The notes below the pieces were generated by a model that was not told where the DNA came from, ran no database searches, and worked only from the letters and a program-made list of their open reading frames with translations. DNA of 64,000 nucleotides. It comes from Candidatus Velthaea sp. (GTDB lineage Bacteria > Vulcanimicrobiota > Vulcanimicrobiia > Vulcanimicrobiales > Vulcanimicrobiaceae). Location: assembly GCA_965214935.1 (NCBI GenBank), contig CBDCCS010000003.1, positions 64,001-128,000 on the forward strand. The letters run 5' to 3'. Positions 21,066 to 29,556 of this stretch are shown here, piece by piece (the stretch's first letter is position 1; each line of letters begins with the position of its first letter). The position numbers and the translations under genes are program-made.

Positions 21066-22163
21066 ATGCGCGAGCGGACTGCGAAGTATATTCGGTTAGC
21101 TGCATGCGGAGCCGCCGCGTTACTGGCCTGCGCTTCGCCCCTTCACGCAAGCGCCGAGCAATTACCGCGAGCCAGAGTCGTTTTACCGAATGCGCTGGCA
21201 GTCGATGTCGACGCACAGACAGTCACCGTCCCGCTCGAGCGCGGCACCTATCGTGGGCGCTCCGTTTGGTATATCGTTACGGATTCTTCCGAGCAAGCCG
21301 ATGCGTCCAAGCGCGGTGCCGTCTATGCTCCGAAGCTGATCGAAATGGCCGCCGCGTGCGGGTCGTGCGTACAGACGGCACATGAAAGCGACGGTTCGAT
21401 CGACTTCCAAGGCGCCCCCGATTTCTCGCCCGTACGCAGTTTCGAGCCCGGCCCTACGGGATTTCCGCCGACCGTCGCGGCGCCCGGCTCCGTCAGTCCG
21501 AAATCATACTCGCCGTTTATACGCATCAATCGGCAGACGGCCATTCTGAATGCGCCGATCGTCGCCGCAGGCGACGGACCGTTCGACGTCGTGCGGCATA
21601 CCAATACGCTCGACCGCGTCCTTGCAATCGACACGACAAGAATGACCGCGACGTTGCTGTTGTCGCGCGGTTTTGCGAACGGAAAACCGGTCGTTTACAT
21701 CAGCACCGAAGCGTCCGATCGGGGCGTTGCTTCGATGGAGCGCGCGACGTTCGCACCGGCTTTGACTGACGTCTCCGACGGAACTATCCCAGTTTTCGCC
21801 GCTGCTAACGGCGCGATGGACGCCGGCGCGCCGCAAGGGTTTGCATTCGCGGCGTCGCGCGGCAGGCTGAGCCTGGATGCGACGCTACAAAACTCCGATA
21901 CTTTATACTCGCCGATGAATGTTTTGGGCAGTTTTCCAACCGGCGCTGACCCGGAATCTTATACACCCGTGTGGTCCGCGCATGTCGGCGTTTGGACGGC
22001 CGCCGCGCTGAGTGAGCACGCCAACGTTCAGATGCGATCGCCAAAAGATTTTCAAGCAGCTGCCGACTCCGGAAAGCTGACTGGTCCGGACGGTAAACCG
22101 TTTGGTGCAGTCGGTGTCATTGTCAACTGCGAGGTTATCGCATACATCGACAACGCACCATAA
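21066..22163 (+). CDS. Secreted hypothetical protein with two-fold internal repeat
   Basis: Signal peptide (…LHASA). VWYIVTDSS/VVYISTEASD, YSPF/YTPVW and ILNAPIV/IVNCEVI occur as paired motifs. Confidence 0.65.
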   Translation: MRERTAKYIRLAACGAAALLACASPLHASAEQLPRARVVLPNALAVDVDAQTVTVPLERGTYRGRSVWYIVTDSSEQADASKRGAVYAPKLIEMAAACGSCVQTAHESDGSIDFQGAPDFSPVRSFEPGPTGFPPTVAAPGSVSPKSYSPFIRINRQTAILNAPIVAAGDGPFDVVRHTNTLDRVLAIDTTRMTATLLLSRGFANGKPVVYISTEASDRGVASMERATFAPALTDVSDGTIPVFAAANGAMDAGAPQGFAFAASRGRLSLDATLQNSDTLYSPMNVLGSFPTGADPESYTPVWSAHVGVWTAAALSEHANVQMRSPKDFQAAADSGKLTGPDGKPFGAVGVIVNCEVIAYIDNAP

Positions 22164-22222
22164 CTGCTGAACCGCCGGCAACTTGCGCGGACGCTCGACC
22201 CCGGAGTACGTAAGGTCGGCTT

Positions 22223-25200
22223 CTAGCGAATGCGAACCGCCAGCGAAAACGTCCCGGTATTGTACGGGCTGTTGTAGCTGAGCGAGCCGGAAAATACGAA
22301 TTGTACGCTCGTGACATTGCGATCGTAGCCGGACGGAGCGCCGCCGCCGCCGCTGACCGGTGTGTAGGTCCACGTACTGCCGCCGTCATTCGAGTAGTTG
22401 ACGCTCACCGTCAAATTACTGTTGGTCAATGTCGTTGCCGCTGAGCTGATTTGAAAGTCGGTATTCGCCGGAACCGGATCGACGATGGCAAACGAATACG
22501 CTTGAGCCGCGCCGCTGTTCGTAAAAATGCCGGTGTACGTTAGCGTCGCTCCGGGCGGCTGCGCGCCGGTCGGAGCGACGCTCAGGACGGTACCGATTGC
22601 CGGGACGCCGAGCGCATTGCCGACCACGATGTTACTACCGAACTCCGAGGTGCCGTCGGCGCTCAACAAAGCGGTCGCGGTGAGAACGCTGCCGACGGTA
22701 ACGCCGCCGGGCGTCGGTAGCGAAAAGCGAAAACGGTTCGTCGTATCCGTACCGGTGTTCGTGTTTCCGCCGGGATTGTTATACGTGCCGGTCGTGCTGT
22801 CGGCATCAACCGGTGCCGAACCGGCGCCTTCGGTCAGCGTCGTAACATAGGTCTTGCCCTGACCGAAGCCGCTTGCCGGATTCGCATCTGCAATGAAGAT
22901 TTCGAGTGTTGCACCGGGTCGCGCATAACCGGTGAGCACGAGATTACCGCCGAGGATCGCTGCTCCGTCAAAAACGGGAAAGTCGAGCAGGCTATTGCCG
23001 CCGGCGGCGGTGCCGCCGTTCTTATTCGGCGTTATATACGGTGTAGCGGGGGTCGCACTTTGCGCCGACGTCAGCAAGTCGATGCCGATCTCGCCGCTGG
23101 CGGCATCACCGAGATTGTCGGTCATCGTGCCGTTGCCGAAGACGCTATTTTCGGAAAGCGTCCAATTCGTGCCGCTTCCGGCAACCATGATCCCGGCGCC
23201 GAAATTTCCCGAAATGACGTTCTTCGAGACCGTTGCGCCCGAACCGGATCCGTCGAGATAAACGGCTCCGCTCAAGCCCGGCTGTGAAGCCCCGGCGACG
23301 CCGAGTTGGTTGCTCGTCAGCGTATTGTCGGTTACGGATTTCAACGTGCCCGCGTTGGAACTTGTGATCGCCTGATTCGCGCAAGCCGTGATGAGATTAC
23401 CGCTGACGGCGATCGTGCCGGGTGTGCCGCTTGCAAGGATGTTGATGCACGCGTAGACGTTCGAACCCGAACCGCTCGACGCGCGAATCTCGTTGTTCGA
23501 TATCGTCCAGGTTGAGTTGCTGTAGATCCGGATGTTATTCGCCAGCGAAAAGCCGATCAAATTGTTTTGTAGGGTGCCCGCCGAGCCGCTACGCAGGTAG
23601 ATTCCGCCGTTTGCAATCGCCGTCGGTGCGAACGCCGCGGCGTGCGACCCGATAATGTTTTTTTCGATGAGCGCGCCGGTCGAGTAAATATCGGCCAAGT
23701 GACTGGCCATGTAGTAAAGCGCGATGCCGCGCAGCACGAAACCCGTCGCGCCCGCCTGCACTTGCAGCGCGCGATATGAACCGCCGCCGGCCAGCTCGAC
23801 TTCGGGAGCGGCAACTTGCGCTAGCGTCAGCGCATCGACGCCGACGGTGCCGCCGGTTCCGAGCGACCCGGCGTTCGTATCACCGACATCGGCCGTTTGC
23901 GTCGTTCCGTCGATCGCGACATTCGCGCGAGTCAGCAGCGCATACGACGCGCTCAACGCGATCACGGCAATGCCGTTGGTGAGCTGGTTTGTTAAACCGC
24001 TGCGCAGACCTGGATGCGCGCTGCCGTTCGAGATCATGAAGATCGATGTTTCTTGCGCTGCGGGCTGTCCGGTCTGTGCGAGCGACGTGTTGCCCAGTGC
24101 ATTCACGTTGACGATGAATTGCCCGAGCGTTCCCTGAGTGGCGGCGCCGTTGGTATTGACGATCGTATCGTAGTTGTAGCCGACATCTAGACCGCTAATG
24201 TTCGCCGTCGTGGTCGTCGCCGTCGTAATGGATTGGGGCGTTGCGCTTGCGGTCGTCAAACTCGCCAGCGTGGCGCTGTCGCCGTTTGCCGCCGCATCGA
24301 CAAGGGTCGGTGTTTCGCCGCCGACACGATCGGTGACCGCGCCGGCCGTGCCGCTGCCGGCGTCCGTGCGATACGTTTGCACGGGCAGGATACCGGCCGT
24401 CGACCCGCCGGGACGCGAGGACGTCGTCGGCGTCACCGTACGCACGATGTACGTCGTACTCGTATTGACGGCAAACGAATAGGTACCGTTCGCCGCCGTC
24501 GTCGTCGAGCTGACGAACGCACCACCGGTGTACAGCTCGACCGTCGCGCCGCTCAGACCGGCGCCGCCCGATGTCGCCAAGCTGCGGCCCGCACCGCCGC
24601 CGTAATTCACATCTTCAAAGACCGTACCGCTTAACAGCAGCGAGCCGAAACTAAAGAACAGCGTCGTACCGGACGCAGACGTCGGCACCGAAACCGTGCA
24701 GTACGTTGCACCGCAGGCGAGCGGAACGGCAGTTACGCCGGTTTGGAAATTCGCGTCGGAGGCAATCCAAAAAACCGGCGTCGCCAAACCGTTCAGACCG
24801 GCTTTGGGCACTTGGACCGTCACGTGCGCGGAACCGCTACCGGTCACTTGAGCGCGCCAGACGCGCGCCATCCGGTAGACGCCGGATTGCGCCGACATTG
24901 TCGTCGCACCGCCGTTATCGCCGAACACGATGAACGTCTGATCGCTCGTAAAGGCCGTATTCGCCGTTTGCGAAGTCGTGCTCAGCGCGCTTCCGTTGGC
25001 GATCGTCACGTCGAGCGCGTTACCGTTGGCGCTCGAATTTACCGAATGCGACACGCGCTGGTCGAGTCCGGACGTCGCGTCTTTGCCGATGCCCGTGACG
25101 TCGTATGCATAGGTCGCATTGCTCGCGCCGGCCCAAACCGTCGTTCCGGCGCTTGAAAGATAGTCGGTACCGGTGACAGCGTTCGTGGCGGTGTTAAAGC

Positions 25201-25978
25201 CGAGGGTTATTCCGTATTTTATCGCTAGGTACGATCGGACTTGCGATATTTGCGTCGCGCTTAGCGGACTTGCCAAGCTGTTGAAGTAGATAACTTCGTC
25301 GATCGTGCCGTTGAAGATTCGGCTCGACCAACCACCAGATGTACGCCCTCCGATTTCAAACTGGGTTGCGGCCGTGACTACGTTACCGTTTGAGTACGTG
25401 TTTGTGAGCCCGTTCATTGCAATCGCCGAGTTAATACCGTTGCCGGCGGTCTTATATGAAACGTCGCTCAGGATTGGACCGACGGCGCTCTGAGTGAAAG
25501 GTCCGGGTAACTGTGTATTGTTTAGGTCGACTTGATACTGTCCGCCCTGATACTGAAGACCTTGGCCCGGTCCGTTGTAGCCCGACAGCACATCACCCCA
25601 GTGATTGCCGCTTGTGTTAAGCAACGCCGAATTCGATACGGCGAAGAAATAGCTGTTTGCGCCGCTGAAAGCGCTCGACGTCAACGTTCCGCGCAGCAAT
25701 TGCGAATTTCCGTCGTAACTGACGCCCGGGTTGAAGTTCGTGTCGAGCGACACGGCAGTCGGGTTGGTAAAGCCGCTGGGTGCGGACGGTGTTGCGGAGA
25801 TCGAACCCGAGCCGCTTTGGTCGGACCAATTAATACCGTTGTAGCCTGAAGCGGTGAACCAGAGCGTGGCACCGCCGACGCCGCCGGGTTGCGTTGCAGA
25901 CGCCGTTCCGCAAGCGAAAGCAAACAGCGCGATGAAGGCGACGACGGCAAAGCGCGAAGGCCGAAACCGTTGCCTCAA
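22223..25978 (-). CDS. Large secreted adhesin-like protein: LamG/ConA-like domain, SdrD-B-like domain, beta-helix, C-terminal DUF11-type domain
   Basis: Signal peptide (…GTASA); LWF.A...W.DQSG / FNGTIDEVIYF / VRSYLAIKYGITL; SGTVFEDVNYGG; repeated ISNN/VSGN/VTDN turns; PPGATLTYT...IVDPVPANT. Start TTG 25978 or GTG 26014. Confidence 0.75.
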   Translation of the reverse strand: MRQRFRPSRFAVVAFIALFAFACGTASATQPGGVGGATLWFTASGYNGINWSDQSGSGSISATPSAPSGFTNPTAVSLDTNFNPGVSYDGNSQLLRGTLTSSAFSGANSYFFAVSNSALLNTSGNHWGDVLSGYNGPGQGLQYQGGQYQVDLNNTQLPGPFTQSAVGPILSDVSYKTAGNGINSAIAMNGLTNTYSNGNVVTAATQFEIGGRTSGGWSSRIFNGTIDEVIYFNSLASPLSATQISQVRSYLAIKYGITLGFNTATNAVTGTDYLSSAGTTVWAGASNATYAYDVTGIGKDATSGLDQRVSHSVNSSANGNALDVTIANGSALSTTSQTANTAFTSDQTFIVFGDNGGATTMSAQSGVYRMARVWRAQVTGSGSAHVTVQVPKAGLNGLATPVFWIASDANFQTGVTAVPLACGATYCTVSVPTSASGTTLFFSFGSLLLSGTVFEDVNYGGGAGRSLATSGGAGLSGATVELYTGGAFVSSTTTAANGTYSFAVNTSTTYIVRTVTPTTSSRPGGSTAGILPVQTYRTDAGSGTAGAVTDRVGGETPTLVDAAANGDSATLASLTTASATPQSITTATTTTANISGLDVGYNYDTIVNTNGAATQGTLGQFIVNVNALGNTSLAQTGQPAAQETSIFMISNGSAHPGLRSGLTNQLTNGIAVIALSASYALLTRANVAIDGTTQTADVGDTNAGSLGTGGTVGVDALTLAQVAAPEVELAGGGSYRALQVQAGATGFVLRGIALYYMASHLADIYSTGALIEKNIIGSHAAAFAPTAIANGGIYLRSGSAGTLQNNLIGFSLANNIRIYSNSTWTISNNEIRASSGSGSNVYACINILASGTPGTIAVSGNLITACANQAITSSNAGTLKSVTDNTLTSNQLGVAGASQPGLSGAVYLDGSGSGATVSKNVISGNFGAGIMVAGSGTNWTLSENSVFGNGTMTDNLGDAASGEIGIDLLTSAQSATPATPYITPNKNGGTAAGGNSLLDFPVFDGAAILGGNLVLTGYARPGATLEIFIADANPASGFGQGKTYVTTLTEGAGSAPVDADSTTGTYNNPGGNTNTGTDTTNRFRFSLPTPGGVTVGSVLTATALLSADGTSEFGSNIVVGNALGVPAIGTVLSVAPTGAQPPGATLTYTGIFTNSGAAQAYSFAIVDPVPANTDFQISSAATTLTNSNLTVSVNYSNDGGSTWTYTPVSGGGGAPSGYDRNVTSVQFVFSGSLSYNSPYNTGTFSLAVRIR

Positions 25979-26121
25979 AACAAACGTGCCATGGCTTGAT
26001 CTTACTATCGGCACTGCGGCGTCACGATCGTACCTCGATGCGCACGCTCGAGCCGAGGATTTCGCCGGCTACGACGAGCGTCGAGCTCGCTCAATTTCGG
26101 CGGCCCAAAGCGCCCGCGCGG

Positions 26122-29100
26122 TCAGGGCCGGCCGCCCCACCCGAATAACCGGTCCACGACCGACGTAGCGGTAAAGTAGAATCCGCACTTACTCGGACTT
26201 GCCGACAATGCCGCATCGCCGGATCTGCGAAAATTGTAGCCCGCGGCGAGGCGCATGCGGTCGCCGATACGCAAGCCTGTTTCGACCGCTGCGCCGAGCG
26301 TTGTCGAACCGCTCACCGCGGCGGCAAACGTCTTGCGCAGCTCGAAACCAAGGTCCAGGCGCGAACCGATTTTGCGATCGGCGCGTAAGCCGAGCAGCGA
26401 CGTATTGGCAGCGAAACTCGCATCGCCGTCGAGCTTGTAGGCATACCGCGCCGATAGTTCGGTGCGTGCGTCGGGCCGGAAGAACTGGTCGACCGAAACG
26501 ACGCCGCTGCGGCTCGACGTCGTCGAACTCGTGCCGCCGATGCGCTCGAACTGGGCCAGCGTCACGTTGCGATCCGACGCGTTGCCGCGCCAGGCAACGC
26601 CGACCCGAGCATCGCTCGAGCCGAAGCCGGCCGCGCGCGAACCGAGCACCGTTGCAAATAGCGACAGGTCCGCAAGCAGCGGGCCGGCGGCGGCAAACGA
26701 ATATGTCGTGCCGCCGGCGCCGCCGTTGCGTTGTTGCAGTGACGCCGTCGAATGAAAGCCGGTTGCCGCGTTGCCGTAGGCCAGCGATGCGCCGTACGCC
26801 GTGAAACCGGTTGCGTTCGTCCCGGCGGCATTCGCGTGTTGCACGTACGCATCGCCGCGCAGTGCCGGTGAGAACGTAATACGTTCGCGTACGCCCAGCG
26901 CGGCATACAGGTCGGAGCCCGCCCCGGTACGTTCGACGAGGTACTCGCTATCGGCGGAAAGAGTCGGACTCAGCGTGCGTTCGATCCCGATTTCCGTCGA
27001 ACGCGTCGCTGCCGCCGCCGAGGTGAGTCCGACCGTTGACGCAGCGAAGCTTTGCGCCGGTGCGGCGCTGAACGTTTCGCGCACGAACGCTCGGCCCGCG
27101 TCGCCCAGCCGATAACCGGCTTGAAATTGCGTTTGATTGGGTTCGGAAAGCGACGCACCGCCGCTCAGGCTTTGCGTGCGCGAAGCATCGACGGTAAGCC
27201 GGCTGCCGATCCGGTCGCTTAAGGCCAGCGTCGCCAGCGTCGTGTCGCTCGTCTGCGTTCCCAAAATCGGCACAATCGCTGCGGCCGGGATGCCCGATTG
27301 GGCGAGCGCCGGCGCGCCGGCAACGGCGGGCGCTTGCGGCGTTCCGCTGCGATTGATTTGGCGAACCAATCCGAAGACGATGCTCAATCGCTTCCACAGC
27401 GTGCGGTGAACGTGCGCCTCGAATTGCGATTCGCTTGCCGGTGCGCTCAGGCCGAGGTTGGCCTGGTGATCGGCGCTAACTGTAATGTCGCCGGCGCCGT
27501 TCGCCAAGCGATGCGTGAACGATGCCCGTGCGTCGAGCAGCCCCGGCGTCGACAAACCGCCGAACGGGTTCGAATAGCCGGCCGTCGTCGTCGAAAAATT
27601 CGCATTGACGCTGTTGGCACCGCTCGTCGTTGTGAGCCGTGCATGCAACGCATCGCCGCCGGCCGGTGCGCCTTCGATTCCGTTGGCGAAGCCCAGGCTG
27701 CCGCGACTCACGACATTGACGATGGACCAGCTGCCGTTTTTCAACGTGCCGGCAATATCGGCATTGAGCAACGACATGTTGCCGGCGCCGGTGGAATCAT
27801 TGACGTAACCGGCGCCGACACGAATGCCGTTATGTAACCCGATTTCGGTCCGTCCGCCGATGGTACGCGAACCGGAACCCGCGGACTGGTATTCGTACGT
27901 CAAAACGACCTGCTGCGGATTACCCGAATCATCGAACGGTAGCGGAATGTTGATGAACCGGAACGCTCCGCTTGCGTCGTCGAGGACGTAATCAACGTTC
28001 GGCGCCAGCGTGGACTGCGTTACAATAGCACCGGTGCGGCGATCGAGCGACACCAGCGTGACTGTTTCGGAACCGACAACGATATTCGGAAACAGCAGCT
28101 GACCCGTCGACGAAAGCGCCGTCGGCGCGAAAACGCGACGATCGTATGCAATATCGTTTTGGGTGGCGAAAGCGCTGAACGAACGGTCGGAACCGGCAAG
28201 CTTGAGCTGCGCACCGTCGACGAGTTGCGTGTATCCTTCGCTCGTGTCGGTCGTCGGCGAAGTTGACGCATTGAACTCGCCCCACGTCAGCGCGTTACGG
28301 CCGCGGTCGAGTTGAAAAAATAAGTGATCGCGTGAGAGGGCATCGTCGCGGCGCAGGCTTTCATCGCCGTAATTCGTGTATGGCCGTTCGTTGGGATCGT
28401 CGACGAACGCGCCGGTCGTGGTGTTGCGTTCGAGCCGATTCGCCGTATCGTATGCCATCGTCGCGAGCGTCTTCTCATCGATTGCGCCGGTAGCGTAAAT
28501 TGCAATGCGGGCGCGCCGCGAATTAACACCGTCCGGCTGGTCGGCTGCGGCGGCCGGATCGCCCGGAACGGCGCCGACACCCGCGGTGATCAAGCCGTTA
28601 ACGAACGGCTTGCGGATGTTGGGACCAAGGAAGAACCGGCCGATCGCTTCGAGTCGCGCGCTGGTCGCCCGAACGTCGACGTTGCCCGCCACGAGTCCGG
28701 GCACGAAGCGCACTTTGGCGATTCCACCGGCTTCGAGCGGTACTTCGGTGAAGCGCTGCGACGCCGTCGCCGCGGCGGTGACCGGTAAGCCGGCGGCTGC
28801 ATCCGCATCGTGCGCAAGGTCGCCGGCCGCCGGCGCCGGCAGTTGCGCTTGCGGCGCAGCGGCCGCTATTGCCGCCGTTGCCGTTGCCGTTGCCGCGCTT
28901 GGCGGGAGTAGCGTGACGTTGCTGCTCGAGCCGCGATCCACAAATCCGTCGCCGGTCAAGAGCTCGATACGGACGGGCATGCCGGGCAAGGCCGGATGTC
29001 CCCACGCATCGGTGGCAACGACGCTGATCGTGTTCTCGGAGCGGCCGTCGGCATGCATCGGACCGCTGATGCGGATGCTCAAACTCGTCGCCGGTCCGGG

Positions 29101-29556
29101 GCCGAAGACGATGGCGCGACGCGGCGCGCCGCGCCGGCCATCGGCACCCAACGCCGCGACGCTGACGCCGTTCGGCCCGGGTGCGAGCGGCACGCCGTAA
29201 AAGAAAAAATGTGTTTCGCCCGTCGTGTTGTCGACGGTCCGTTTTCCAATATGCGTCGGCGGCACAACGCTGTCGTTGACGCGCAATTCGACGCCTGCGC
29301 CGGCCGTCGTCTTCACCTCGAAGGCGGCGCTCGACGACGCCGCAACGCCGCGATCGGCCGGAAAAACCAGCTGCGCATCGAGGTTTGTCTGCGCGGTATA
29401 CGTCGGATGTGCGAGATCCGACGTCGCCGCTGCCGCCACGACGTTCGCTGCGATCTCACCGGCTTCGACGCGTTCGGCTGCCGTTGCGGCAAGTAACGTG
29501 GCCAACGCGAGCGCGGAGCGCTCGTGACGCCGGCGGCGTCGCACGTGCCGCTTCAA
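26122..29556 (-). CDS. Large outer-membrane beta-barrel protein with N-terminal Ig-like domains (usher/translocon-like)
   Basis: 1144 aa; C-terminal ~600 aa of alternating amphipathic strands (e.g. LSARYAYKL, LDLGFEL, RLAAGYNF, GFYFTAT); YGDES, DYVLD..SG.F.F motifs. Confidence 0.7.
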   Translation of the reverse strand: MKRHVRRRRRHERSALALATLLAATAAERVEAGEIAANVVAAAATSDLAHPTYTAQTNLDAQLVFPADRGVAASSSAAFEVKTTAGAGVELRVNDSVVPPTHIGKRTVDNTTGETHFFFYGVPLAPGPNGVSVAALGADGRRGAPRRAIVFGPGPATSLSIRISGPMHADGRSENTISVVATDAWGHPALPGMPVRIELLTGDGFVDRGSSSNVTLLPPSAATATATAAIAAAAPQAQLPAPAAGDLAHDADAAAGLPVTAAATASQRFTEVPLEAGGIAKVRFVPGLVAGNVDVRATSARLEAIGRFFLGPNIRKPFVNGLITAGVGAVPGDPAAAADQPDGVNSRRARIAIYATGAIDEKTLATMAYDTANRLERNTTTGAFVDDPNERPYTNYGDESLRRDDALSRDHLFFQLDRGRNALTWGEFNASTSPTTDTSEGYTQLVDGAQLKLAGSDRSFSAFATQNDIAYDRRVFAPTALSSTGQLLFPNIVVGSETVTLVSLDRRTGAIVTQSTLAPNVDYVLDDASGAFRFINIPLPFDDSGNPQQVVLTYEYQSAGSGSRTIGGRTEIGLHNGIRVGAGYVNDSTGAGNMSLLNADIAGTLKNGSWSIVNVVSRGSLGFANGIEGAPAGGDALHARLTTTSGANSVNANFSTTTAGYSNPFGGLSTPGLLDARASFTHRLANGAGDITVSADHQANLGLSAPASESQFEAHVHRTLWKRLSIVFGLVRQINRSGTPQAPAVAGAPALAQSGIPAAAIVPILGTQTSDTTLATLALSDRIGSRLTVDASRTQSLSGGASLSEPNQTQFQAGYRLGDAGRAFVRETFSAAPAQSFAASTVGLTSAAAATRSTEIGIERTLSPTLSADSEYLVERTGAGSDLYAALGVRERITFSPALRGDAYVQHANAAGTNATGFTAYGASLAYGNAATGFHSTASLQQRNGGAGGTTYSFAAAGPLLADLSLFATVLGSRAAGFGSSDARVGVAWRGNASDRNVTLAQFERIGGTSSTTSSRSGVVSVDQFFRPDARTELSARYAYKLDGDASFAANTSLLGLRADRKIGSRLDLGFELRKTFAAAVSGSTTLGAAVETGLRIGDRMRLAAGYNFRRSGDAALSASPSKCGFYFTATSVVDRLFGWGGRP

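Noticed and set aside
28874..28895. (GCCGTT)n repeat as a phase-variation tract
   Set aside because: Hexamer, in frame, encodes an Ala-Thr linker; would not shift the frame
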